64,000 nucleotides of DNA from Chrysomallon squamiferum. Taxonomy: Eukaryota > Animalia > Mollusca. Below are positions 1-12,680 of this stretch, piece after piece. The position numbers and the translations under genes were made by a program. The stretch lies in the NCBI GenBank assembly GCA_012295275.1, contig CM022670.1, positions 23,374,001 to 23,438,000 of the forward strand. Direction: 5' to 3'. How positions within the stretch are numbered: the first letter of the stretch is position 1; each line of letters opens with the position of its first letter. The notes beneath the pieces are model-generated. The model was not told where the DNA came from, made no database searches, and saw only the letters and a program-made list of their open reading frames with translations.

Positions 1-69
1 TGGCGTAGAGTGTGGACGCGTTTCACATCGGCTCTCGCTTCGGAAAGGTTTTGTTGTAAACTAAGTATT

Positions 70-1200
70 ATGTCTTGGGCGGAAGAATCTGAAAATTACG
101 AAGAAAAGATCAAAGATATGAATTTAAAAAAAGAAGGAATGAGAAAAAATGTTTTTAAAAAAGAATGCACTGTGATTGTAAATGTAGAAGATAACAAGAA
201 AATTTCAGCAGGCGACATGATAGATTTTGTAAGTGGCCAGGTGGGTGATGTGATAAAAGCGTGCGTACCGAAAGAATCCGACTCTTATGAAATAACACTA
301 GAAGATATTATACAAGCGAGAATGATTACGGAAATTGATGAAACAGAATTGAAAGGTGTAAAAATAAAGGCGAGAATTTTGAAATCTGAAACTGTAGTAG
401 TTTCCTTTTTGCACTTGCCTGCCTACATTGAAGATGAAGAAATTGAAGAAAAATTGAAACAAATGGAAATAGAAATTTTATCACCAATTTATAGAAGGCT
501 ATACAAAGGGACAAAAATTGCAGATGGAACAAGATATGTGAGAGTGAAATTTCCACCCGGAATAAAAAGTTTACCATACTCAATGAAATTTAAGACTTAT
601 GAAGGAATAAAATATTTTCGTGTTTTACATGACAATCAAATAAAAGTCTGTTACAACTGTATGGCGGATAATCATTTGTTGAAAGACTGTCCAAATATAA
701 GGTGTCATAACTGTAAACAAAAAGGACATTTTGCTAGAAACTGCCCGAACATATTTCTGTGTGAAAAGTGTGGAAACAAAGAGGATGAATGTGAGTGTTG
801 GTCAGAGTATGACAGCGATGAACAAAAAAACAGTGACAGTGACAGTGATGGTATGGAATATAATGTAAAATCAAAGGAGAAAAAAAGAAATTGAAGCAGA
901 AAGTATCCAGAGGATAAATACAACAGAAATGGAAATCAACAAGGAACAACAAAAAATCAGAAAATGGAGAAAAACCAAGAAAATCCCCTGATAAAAACAC
1001 CAAAGTGAAAATTACTAACAAGGAAGCTGGAACCATCGAAGCAGAAAATAGTAAGCAGAGTAAAACAAAGCGTCGAACGAGATTGATCAAGCGTCCATCA
1101 GAAGAAAAAAACTGTGGAGCTTGGTAGAAAATAGAAAACAAAAAAAAGAGACAAGCAGCGACATGAAAAAGTGTGAGAGAAAGTGTTGCCAGGGTAATGA
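70..1200 (+). pseudogene. Tx1-type ORF1 nucleic-acid-binding protein (ZCCHC3-like), frameshifted after about 880
   Basis: ATG at 70 (MSWAEE). Motifs VVSFLHLPAYIEDEEI and DGTRYVRVKFP, then knuckles CYNCMADNHLLKDC and CHNCKQKGHFARNC. The K/E-rich tail continues in shifted frames after A-runs near 880-890 and 950. The 3' end is approximate. Confidence 0.85.
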
Positions 1201-1279
1201 ATGAGTATGGGGGGATATAGACAAGATATAGAATATTTTAAAAATGGGTAATAGTTCACTAATTTTTCTACTTCTAACT

Positions 1280-4200
1280 ATGATCTTGTCTATAAATGTA
1301 AACGGACTGAGAGATATTGAGAAATTAAATTCAGTTTTTGCAACATTTAAAAGTAAACATGCAAATATTATTTTTCTACAGGAAACATTTTGGGATAATG
1401 ACTTCATTGAGAGATATAAACATTTATGGGAAGGAAATATATTTTATAATAATTGTCCAAATAAAAAAAAAAAGGGGTGTAGCAATACTGGTATCAAAAG
1501 AATGTCCTTATAAGTTTACATTTAATAGTTGACACTGAAGGCAGGATTTTAAAAATTAATACGAAAATAGATGAAGAAGAATACAGTTTTATAAATGTAT
1601 ATGCACCAAATAATATTGAAGAAAGAATTTTATTTTTTAAAGGATTATGTAAATTTGTGGATTTAAAAAATACAATAATGGCAGGAGATTTTAATGACAT
1701 TTTAGATCCTAATTTAGATTTGGGCATTAATAATAAAACTTTCAATATAAAAAAAGTAGTAATGAATTACAGTCAGTTATTTTTAATTATAATTTAGTTG
1801 ATATTTGGCACACAGAAATCCAGATAAAAGGCAATTTACTAGATCTCAAATAGTTGAAAACTATAAAACAGTCAAGAATTGATTTATTCTTAATTTCTAG
1901 AAATTTATTGCAGTTTATAAGTAATGTATACATATCCTATACCTCGGTTAGTGATCACAATTTTTATCACTTAAAATAGATTTTTCTCATGTAGAGAGAG
2001 GTCAAGGTATTTGGATCTTTAATAATGAATTGTTGAAAGATGAAAGTTTTGTAAAAGCTATTATTGAAGTTATTAATAATGCTTCTGAGTGTCCTTTGTT
2101 ACAGACTGAACCTAGTGTTTGGTGGGACAACTTAAAATATAAAATGAAAACATGTGCAAGAAATTTTGCAATAAAAAAGAAAAATCAGATAACGAAAAAT
2201 ATTATAATATACAAAATGCTTTGAAAAGAGAATATGCTAAACTAGCTGTAAATAATCATCATGATTTGAGTAACATACAAATTTTAGAAGAAAAATTAAA
2301 ATTAATTGAGAGATCTAAATGTAATGGTGCTATTTTGAGATCTAAAGCTCATTGGAATCTAGATATGGATAGAAATACCACATTTTTTCTCAGTTTAGAA
2401 AAATCAAAACAAGAATCAAATTCTATTAAAGAGCTAAAAACAGTAAATGGATTAACAAGAAAAACAGAAGATATATTACAATATGCTTATGACTTTTATT
2501 CAAAATTATTTATGCAAGAAAATGTAGATATTATTAAACAGGAAGAAATAATAAATTTAATATCAAATAAACTAAAAGAATCTGAAAGTGAAAACTGTGA
2601 GAAAGACATTACAATTGAAGAATTAACTGAAGCTTTAAAAGAAATGAATAGAAATAAATCACCTGGTTTGGATGGTCTAACAGTAGAATTTTATGTTAAA
2701 TTCTGGGAAAATTTTAAAATTTCTTTCATAAAGTAGTTATGTCAATTCAGAAAGAAGAAATGTTGTCACGCAGTATGAAAAAAAAGGAGTAATTAGTTTA
2801 TTTTACAAGAAAAAAGGAGATAAAGCAGACCTAAAAAATTTCAGACCTATCAGCCTTTTAAATGTAGATTATAAAATTATTGCTAAAGTTCTTGCAAATC
2901 GTCTTAAACAAGTAATGTCAACTATTATTTCATCAGAACAAACCTGTTGTGTAAAAGGAAGAGATATTGCTGACAATATTATGTCAGTAAGAGATATTAT
3001 AGATATTGTCGAGTTAAATAATACAGAAGGGTATATAGTTAAAATAGATCAAGAGAAAGCATTTGATAGAGTATCACATAGTTTTATTTTAAAAGTTTTG
3101 AAAAAATTCAATTTTGGTGATAATTTTATAAAGTGGATTAAAATACTATATAATAATATAAAAAGTTGTGTAAAAATTAATGGACATTTAACACCTTTTT
3201 TCAATATTACAAGAGGGGTTAGACAAGGATGTCCAATATCAATGATGCTTTATGTTATTGTAGCTGAACCCTTAAATAATTTAATTAAAAAAAGACATAG
3301 CATGAATGGAATTAGGATAACAAATGAACTTAATTCTTTATTATTTCAGCATGCAGATGATACTACAGTAACTGTCTGTGATGCTCAGTCAGTAGAAAAT
3401 GTTTTTAATACAATAAATATGTATTGTAGTGCTACAGGGGCAAAAGTCAATGTAGATAAGTCAGAAGTACTTTATCTTGGTAAAACCATGATTGAAAACT
3501 TATCCTTTAACATTCCAATATCAATAAATAAAAACTATGTTAAAATTCTAGGTATATATTTAGGACCAAATAAACTATTATGTGAAACTTTGAACTGGAA
3601 AAATAAATTAGCTAAAATGTCTAATCTAATTAACTTATGGAGTCAAAGGAAACTTACTTTGCATGGAAAAAAGCTGAAGTATGGAATACTTTATTAACAT
3701 CTAGACTGTGGTATATCATTAGCACAATAAATGTACCAAATTGGGTAGAAAATGAAATTCATAAATTATTTTGTAAATTTATGTGGGAAGGAAAACATCT
3801 TTAATAAAATATTCAACAATAATTGGAAATAAAATGTCGGGTGGACTAAATATTCAAGATATTTCATTAAAGAAAATGGCTTTTCGAATAAAAAATGTTA
3901 AAGAAATATTTTGATAATAATTTTAAAAATGTGTGGAAATATACAATGTCAATATTTCTTGAAAAATATATGAATATGAATCTAAATTATGACATTTTTA
4001 AAATAGTATACAGTAAAGAAGCTTTAAAAGTTATTAATCCTTTTTATGCTGAAATGTTATCAGCTTGGGACCATGTTAATAATGGAGAACGTAATTTCCC
4101 ACTTGATACAGATGAAATATTGTCTCAGCCACTTTTTTTTCAAAATCCATTCATTAAATATAAAAACAAATTATTATTATTTAGTTCTTTTATAAAAAAG

Positions 4201-5131
4201 TGGAATAGTCAAAGTGGCTGATATTGCTTATGAAGTAATACCAGGTTTTCTTCCTTTTACAGCTATTGTAGAAATTATTCATGAAAAATCTCCAGAATTA
4301 TCCAAAAACCAAATTTATATAGCTTACAATGTTATTAAGAAATCACTTCCAGATGAATGGAAAAGTTCTATTAACAGAAATGCTAAAAAATTAACTTCTA
4401 ATAAAGATTTATTTTTGTTTCAGAATAATGAAATGATAAATGTCAATAAATTTACAGCTAAAATAATTTATTCTATTTTAATTTTAAAAAACTTTAAAGC
4501 ACCAACTTGTGAAGAAAAATGGAATGAGCTTGGTTTTAATATATTCTGGAGACCAGTTTGGAAATGGATACACTATAGTGATAAATTTACTGAATTTATA
4601 GACTTAGATTTTAGAATAGTTCATCATATAATATATACATATAACAAATTATATAAATATGGCAAAATCTCATCTAGTGTATGTCCAGTGTGTTTGAAGG
4701 ATGATGAAGATTTGTGCCATTTATTTTTGTATTGTGAAGAATTGAAGGAATTAATATCAATCTTTCATGAAATATGTATTTATATATTTAAGAATACAGG
4801 GTTTTCTCTAGAACAATTAAAAAGATTATTAATATTTGGATGTTATCTCAAAATTGAAAATAGTACAATAGAATTTATTAATATTATTCTTTCAATTTAT
4901 AGAATAACAGTGTTCAAAAGGCGTGTAATAGCTCAAATGAAAGGAACAAATATCAATATAATACATTTTTTTAGAAATTATATGTATCAGTGCTTTAAAA
5001 TCATTCTAAATCAATATCGTATTCAAAACAAACTTTCAATTTTTATTAACAAATATGTTAAGAACAATATTTTCCTAGAACTAAAAGATGACATACTTAT
5101 TTTCAAATATCCTTTGGAAAGCTACAAATAA
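1280..5131 (+). pseudogene. LINE ORF2: APE endonuclease, reverse transcriptase and CCHC zinc finger, multiple frameshifts
   Basis: APE motifs SINVNGL, FLQET, NVYAPN, AGDFN, SRIDLF and SDH. RT motifs KSPGLDG, NFRPISLLNVDYKIIAK, DQEKAFD, GVRQGCP and QHADD. Zinc finger CPVC-x8-H-x4-C. The pieces match track ORFs starting at 1244, 2030, 2152, 2915, 3895 and 4214. Confidence 0.95.
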
Positions 5132-5323
5132 TCAATATAGATAAATCATGGAAATGGATAAAAGAATTAATACTATAAAATACTGTAAATATATATGAAT
5201 ATTCCAAATAAATAAGTATGCATGCATGTGAGTGTGACTGAGTGTGTGAGAGGAAATAGTTTTTGTTATTGTTATTTACAGCTGTAATGTTTTTTTTAAT
5301 TGTGTACAACTGGTGATTATACT

Positions 5324-5358
5324 AATAAAGATAAAAAAAAAGCGAAAAAAAAAAAAAA
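5324..5358 (+). terminator. Polyadenylation signal and poly-A tail of the LINE
   Basis: AATAAA at 5324 followed by an A-run interrupted by GCG. Confidence 0.8.
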
Positions 5359-5460
5359 TCTATACGTATATCTCTATCAGTCTATCTACAAGTCTGTCTG
5401 GATGTCTACATACCCATATGTCTATATCTATATAACCGTCTGTCTGTCTATCTATCTGGG
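5359..5460. repeat. Degenerate (TCTA/TCTG)n low-complexity tract at the LINE 3' junction
   Basis: tctatacgtatatctctatcagtctatctacaagtctgtctg...gtctgtctgtctatctatctgg. Confidence 0.6.
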
Positions 5461-5652
5461 GTTTTTTTCTATCTGTATATTATATTTATTCCTTCACTTA
5501 ACCCAAATTCTCTTTTATACCTTATTTTATTCTGATTCTATTTTTTTTTTTTTTTTTTTTTTTAATCCGGAAATAACTTCATTATTTTGAGATATATGGC
5601 AATTTCACTTGCAGAACTTCAGTTAGAGAAGAGAGAGTGTAAAAAATTAGTA

Positions 5653-5690
<38 letters not shown>

Positions 5691-6212
5691 AGTTTTTCAA
5701 TTAAAAAGATATCGCTTGTGGACACGTCTGCTGGAGCTCGTCAAGAGTCGATCACTTGATTACATTTGTGGAAATTTACATGAAATCAGCCCGGTCTACA
5801 CGATGATTAGCAGTCGTTGGAAAACCTCTCACCCACATGTAAGTGTGTATTTGTCGAAATTTATCACCCACACGACCGAAGACGTCTTTCAATTAGCTCG
5901 TCTCTTGTTATTAACACTCGAGTAATCTTTCAAAGATTTCTTTTGAGGATTAATTATAAGATTGTTGGGGTTTTTTTTGGGTTTTTTTTCAAGAAAAGTA
6001 TGGATGTACTGTAATGTTTTTCACTTCAAATTATTCTTTTGCTTTTGATCATTATTTCTGTATTTTTGTTGTTGTTGTTGTTTGCTCATTGTTTTATTGT
6101 ATTGTATTGAACTGTTGTTGTTGTTGTTCTGATTTTTGTCTTTTTGTGGGGGATTTTAAAACAGGATTAATATATTTTATCGTAATTAGTATCACAAAAT
6201 ACTTTAAAGCTA

Positions 6213-6243
<31 letters not shown>

Positions 6244-8680
6244 GAAGAAGAAGAAGAAGAAAAAAAAAAAAAACAATAGTAAAAATTGATTTAATTAACT
6301 GATTTCTTTGGTTTTTGCTTGTTTATTTGTATTATCACTATTGACATCCGAATTCAATTATATTTTAACTATATTTTTGTCTCTGGTTTAATGTTAATGT
6401 TTGGAATAAAGAAACCTATGATTAGACAGAACACAGAGGTGAAATCAGACGTGCTGGAAACGTATTTCTGTGACGTAAGCATGATACAAATTAAACACAC
6501 AAAGGCAATTAGCTGAAGAATACTATTTAGACAAATACGAAAAATGTTTAAAAATCAGTGTTAATAACAAATTTTGAATTATATACAAATTCGCTTCCCT
6601 GCGTATTTAAATTTTACTTTTAAATAGACATTCAGAAAAGTTAGGTTACATGTAAAATGTCTCGTTCAAAACACGCTGTAACGGCTGTTTTCAATCCATG
6701 TATTTCGCGTTTATTAATTTTCTGCTTGTGGTGAATAATTCCATCTCAATTTAACTATTTGTTCATCTATTCTGACCATGCACGAAAATAACCAATTCGC
6801 GAAACATATTACTCTGTTATTAAGAAGAAAAACGTAAAGGAAACAAAAAAAAAAAAAAAAGTGTTAAAGGTGTAAAAATGTTAACAGTGAGTTGGAAAAG
6901 TAGTGGATCATCCGAACGTTCGTCATTCATTCATTTTTTTCAAATCTATTTGAAACCATGCGAAAATAAAAGAAAGTTAATTTCAGCGCTGTATTGGTGT
7001 ATCGGTGAAAACATTAAGGGGGTCACCGTTGATTGTTGGGATGGGAATCTCGAGGGAGACATTACGAAGGGACGAGTGTTGCTTGCGAAAGAAGACGTCT
7101 TGCCAATCAACGCCTGTCGACAGTGAGAGTTTGCCGTGATGCAATCAAAAGGATTTCAAATGTTTTCAAGCTGATTAGGCGAGAAACTGTCTTCAACCCA
7201 ATTGCCATTTCATTGCTGCTTGGAATCCTTGAATGTTGGCAATGGTGATTTATGTAGCTTGGGCTTAAGCCTTGTTAGTTAAGATGCTTTTTTTCTTCCT
7301 ATTTCTCCCCCACCCCCACCTTTGCTTTTCTCTGAAAACAAAATTCGAATTCCAAACCACTTCCATTTCGAAAGATATATGAGCATATATATATATATTT
7401 TTTATTATTGTTAAAAAGATTAATACTGTATTCCAACCCACGCCTGTGTGTAAGAAAGAATGGAGGATTTTTTTTAATTTCTTGAAGAGGCTGTATAAGT
7501 CGCTCAAGTTCTTTCTTTTTTTTTCGTTTATTTTATTTTATTTTATTTATTTATTTTTTTTTTTTTTTTTTAGATTTTAGAGTTATGGGTTTTTTTTTAA
7601 ATTTATTTATTTATTTATTTTGTTGTTGTTGTTGTTGAATAAAATGAACTTCAGGCTAATTTAAAAAATCAGTTTCTTACGTAAACACATATTTTTTTAA
7701 TTATATACAGTCATTAATAATACACTTAATATTATCAGTAAATATATACACCATGAACACCTCATCAACAACTGATATATATATATATATATATGTATAT
7801 TACAATGAACGTTGTTGTTCAATATCTACGACGTACTTTGTCTTCTATTAACATTCACGACAAGGAATAGATAAACGAGACGAGATAAATGTGGTTTTTG
7901 CTCGCTTAAGCACCCAGTCTGTCTGTTGTGATAAGAAACGCATTCATTATGGCGTACTGTCCTGCAGGATTAAACAGCAGGTAAGCCAGTCGGTGGAAAC
8001 GGGCATAACACCTGTCACGTCACTTTCTTCACACATATTAAACAAATTGTCTGCTGAAATAATAGAACGGAAATTACATATCAGAATAAATCGAAGATTA
8101 AGTTGAAAATAACTGACAGACTGACCGCGTTATGACAGATCGGGTTAGAAAGGCGCTCATCCGTTTAATAAGAATTCATATAAACGACGCTGGAAAGAAG
8201 CGATGTTTTATGGTTTCTTCACTTAATTATGTCAGAGTTTTCCCCTTTGCTGTACTTTTCAGTACGGTAAAATTAAACCTCACCGAAGCTGCTCCACAAT
8301 AAAGTGAGAAATAGTGCAATTGCTCACGTTTGGGATTTTTTTTTTTTGTTGATGAAACAAACAAAACAACATAAAATATAGAATTTCTAAAGACACAAAT
8401 TCAAAGATGGGTTAATTACACAGTTCACTTAATTAAACATTTTGAGGTTCTTATAATTGTTTCTGTAAGGAGGCAGTTACTTCTGACTGTGATTATGAAC
8501 ATCAAAGGTAGATCAAAGTTGTAGAACTTTGTGTTGCTTTTAATAATTATGTATTTTTTATTACATTTTTAAGGTAACTTCTCGAACATTATTATTTAGG
8601 TAAATCAAAGTTTTAGAATTATGTGTAGTTCTTAGAAATATCAGAAAGGTATATACAGTTATTAATTTTTATGAGAAATT

Positions 8681-9575
8681 ATGGAGATCATTACGACGGA
8701 GAGAGGTCCAAGAAAGCTTTGTATTGAAGGATTTATGCATGTTGAGAAAATGGCTAAGAAGAACTGGATTATGTGGCAATGTGGGCAACAACGATCCTCT
8801 GGCAATAAAACGGCAGTTACCACTGATGTTAATGAGTTCTATGGTATCCACGATCCTGATCATGACGAAGTGGCCTTTGAGGTGACCAAGGTGCTCTCAT
8901 CCCAGAAGGAGAAAGCTGTGAACAACAAAGCAAGACCTGCTCAGATCGAGGATGGAGATCTTCACGAAGCATCCAACTCAGTCCGAGCTAATCTGTGGAG
9001 AATGGACACAGGAATGTTTCTAGCATTTGTTCCACAGTAGATACAGAAAGATCCAGGACCTTCAGCTTACTAAACTGAGTCAGTCTGAGAGGGATTTCAA
9101 GATGTTTGCAGGGAGGATCGATGGTCTGGCCTTTCTACCTTTGAACCACGTGAAGGATGGTATGGCTTTCCTCCGTGACAGCATCCCTGATTTTTGAGAT
9201 CTGGAGGAACTGTTAAATTATTTTGAGCAGAGCTATGTGAATGGGACATTCCGACGAGCTCAGCAAGACGGTGCAGCTGTGATGCGTATTCGTCAGAGAG
9301 CGACTATGTTTCCACCAGGTGTCTGGAATGTCCTTGACATCACTCTTTCAGATGGTTCCAAAACTAACAACATCTGTGAGTCATGGAACATCGGATTCCA
9401 GAGACTGGTTGGCCATGAGCATCCTTTTGTCTGGAGAACCTACGGAAAGATCAGGCACTGATTTCCACCTCCATCGTTCAATATCAGCGAGGTGAACCAC
9501 ACAGGAAGAGGGTGAAGACGTCCATTCAGTAGATGCAAAGCAGACTGCACAATTTGTGTCTGGATTATAAATAAG
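8681..9575 (+). mobile_element. Degenerate, internally deleted Mutator-like (MULE) transposase with N-terminal FLYWCH-like domain
   Basis: N terminus MEIITTERGPRKLCIEGF..WQC. From about 9010 in another frame: ECF*HL..RKIQDL..DGLAFLP..LLNYFEQSYVNG..FPPGVWNV..KTNNICESWN..LVGHEHP. This is the typical MULE CxxH and TNNxxE region. In-frame stops are present and no TIRs were identified. Confidence 0.85.
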
Positions 9576-10809
9576 GCTGATTTAGAACTAATTTTGTTAT
9601 CTTATCTTTTTTTTGTGGTTTTTTTTATTATTATTATTTTTTTATTTATCAGCCAACCATTAACACATACATACCGTAACCTAAAATAATCATCACCATC
9701 ATAATTTTCTGTTTTTTATTTTTTATTTTTTTCAGAATTTTTGTTGTTGTTATAATTGGTTTGTGTTTTTTTTTTTTTTTAAATAATTCTTTTAAAAAGA
9801 CTAAAATAACAAATGATTGCATGTCAATATTGCATTACTTTATCAGTTAAGTTCATTATTCACGGTATATTTAATTAATTTGCACGTAACGAAATTTTCC
9901 ATTTTGGTACTTATTTTTGAACCGGTGATATATATTATTCCCGACAACTTTGACAGCGGTCACTACAGATTAGACTGTTGTGAGTCATCAGATTATTCAA
10001 GCCTTCTGGAAATAAGCTGTTTTACTCTGGCTTCATACTAGTTTCTTAGCCATTATACTTCTCAAAATAATTCTCGGCATGTCTATATAATTTTTTTCTC
10101 ACAAACAAATTATGCAATATTTGGGTTAAAATTTTCTTCATAATGTAATATATTTGTCATTTCGTTTCTGAGGCAAATAAAAGCTTGATTATTTTGTTCA
10201 AGTGTGTGTAGTGACTTCCACATACAGATATGTCAGGTAAACGAGGAAGATGTTTGGAGGTTATAGCTGTTTACGATATATTTTATCATTTTCAACACGA
10301 GTAGGTCTTCAGATCATTTCACAACAACACAACTAATACAGATTTTGACAATGGTCAGATCTGGAAAAAAATTAAAAGTCTGCTGGACAACTAAATGCAG
10401 TTTTAAACGAATTAATATTGATTAATGAACACGTTGTTACAAATTTTAATGCAATATATTTTAGAAACATTCCAAAAAAAAAACCCCAAAACAAATAAAC
10501 ACAATAAATACAATTTTCGTTTAACTTTTACACGCTTTTGAAAATCTATACTTAATATAAAACTGTCAATTTCGTATCGTTTCATCATGCCTACATTAAT
10601 TATCTTTTCGCATTTTTAAGAATTATTAAACAACATGAATGTACACTAATAATTTAAAAATAAAGTTAACCTGTTGTTTCTAAAGAAATTAGATAAAATA
10701 ACCAGGAACAGAGAAACGATGGTATAACATAATGAAATCTAGACAAGAATTGTATAAAGATACGATCCATGAAAGCACCGTTGGTAGGACGGTGGCTTTC
10801 TTCTGCAAA

Positions 10810-11000
10810 ATTCCTCTACAATAAATTCAAATTGCGCCGTTATGAGTTATTACTGTCATGAATCTTTACATAAACCCTTAACTTAACCAGGGTGTGAGCC
10901 AAGCTTATAAAAACGTATAATATAAATACCTATGTAATAAATTCTAACTGCACCGCTATGAATTATTGTTACCATTAACCTTCATGTAAACCTTTAGCGA
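10810..11000. repeat. Diverged two-copy direct repeat, period about 116 bp
   Basis: aataaattcaaattgcgccgttatgagttatt..taaaccctta at 10820 versus aataaattctaactgcaccgctatgaattatt..taaaccttta at 10936. Confidence 0.7.
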
Positions 11001-11971
11001 AGTAAATCCTTGGATAATGAACGGATTAAAACTTATTGGTTAGAACATTCGCTTGGATTCGATGAGGTGCGGAATCTATCTTCCTTCATCTTGCAGATGA
11101 TTTATTGTCTGTTTCTACAAGTTCTTCTCGCCTGGTTTACAAAGGCCATGTTTCAGTCTCTGTGAAATATACGCCGTCAGAAAATTTCATTATTCGTATC
11201 ATCAGTAATAAAACCAAAAATCTATAATTATATCCGATACCTATTAAAATATCTTGAGGCTAGACAGGAATTTGACCAAGCAGAAGACACCCTGAGAAAA
11301 ACAGATCATGTTATGTATCATGCCAACCAGGCCTCAGTGCCAACCAACGAGCTATATAATAATAAAATATTTCTTATTAAACATATGTCTGACAGGTAAT
11401 ACACAACAGTTTGATGACAGGTAGGCTACATAAACATATTTTTCCATAATTCGTTTACTTTATATTTGGCAAAAAATGTACAAACAGTTCTAAATAACTC
11501 AGACTGATGCAATAATCAAATCATTAGCTTTAACAAAGGTAGCATATGCGATATCGTACCGGAATTCCACTCCACAGATTCATGGAGTAATAGACTATGC
11601 TGGGTTTTCTCTCTGTACACAATTATGATCCTGACGCAGTCATGAACAGACAAATCAAGTTCCTCAGTGGACTGTCTAAGCCAGACGTTTTTCTCTATAG
11701 TATCTGCTCCCGGTTCACAGTCGGGTTACGAGTGAGTTGGTATTATTAAACTGCTCTCATTGATTTTGAAGGAGTTTCTGATATAAGTCGTTACAGTTGT
11801 GTCAGCTAGTTCCTGCAGGCGCATGATGGAGTGTGGCCCCATTTGGGTCTTTTGTGAATTCAATTTCCGTATCATTGTGCCGCCATGTTCTCTTTCCAAC
11901 GTCGTTTGACGAGTCACATCTTAGTTAAAGCCGCAGTGAGAAAATACATAACATTAATTTTGTTTTAAAGT

Positions 11972-11990
11972 TGTAGTAGTAGTAGTAGTG

Positions 11991-12030
<40 letters not shown>

Positions 12031-12032
12031 AC

Positions 12033-12101
<69 letters not shown>

Positions 12102-12680
12102 AGTATAGTAGTAGTAGGTGCAATAGTAGTTGTAATCAGTAGTAGTAGTACTTAGTAGTAGTAGTAGTAGTAGTAAATTAGTAGGTGCAATAGTAGTTGC
12201 AATCATAGTAGTAGTTGTAGTAGTAATATAATAGTATAAAAAGTAATAGAAAGAACAGTAACAACTAATATAATAGTGATACAGGTAATAGAAAGAACAG
12301 TAACAACTAAGTCGTAGTCGTAGCAATAGTAAGGTATAAAAATAGTAGTGGTAACAGTAACAATAGACTGGTAATCGTAGTGGTAGAATCAGCAAAAGTA
12401 ATAATAGTAATAATAGTAGTAATAGTAGTAATAGTAGTAGTAGTAATAGCAGTAGTGGCAGTAGTAGTTATAGTAATAGTAGCAGTAATATCATCTGCAG
12501 TGATATAATTTGTTTGTAAACCTGAAATAATAATAGTAGTTGCAAAAGCAGCAGTTCTAAAAGTAGTAGTAGTAGTAATAGTAGTAATAGTAGTAGTAGT
12601 AGTAGCAATAAAAACAGTAATAGTAGTAATGGTAGTGAAAGTAGTAATGGGTGTGGTGGTAGAAGTAGTAGTAGCAGAAG
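11972..12680. repeat. (TAG)n microsatellite with degenerate TAG/TAA/CAG extension
   Basis: Near-pure gtagtagtag run at 11972-12100, degenerate afterwards. Source of the poly-Y and poly-L ORFs. Confidence 0.95.

Larger units (their letters stand above)
1..5358 (+). mobile_element. L1/Tx1-clade non-LTR retrotransposon (LINE), near full length, frameshifted
   Basis: Short 5' leader, ORF1 with CCHC knuckles, ORF2 with APE endonuclease, RT and C-terminal CCHC, about 200-bp 3' UTR, AATAAA at 5324-5329 and A-rich tail to 5358. The 5' end and any target-site duplication lie at or beyond the window edge. Confidence 0.95.

Noticed and set aside
10-69. N-terminal extension of ORF1 in the ORF track (MWTRFTS..)
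   Set aside because: It starts at GTG. The first ATG is at 70, so this is 5' UTR.
11175-11215. Minus-strand CTGATGA...GAAA resembling a hammerhead ribozyme core
   Set aside because: The intervening bases cannot form stem II, and stems I and III are absent.
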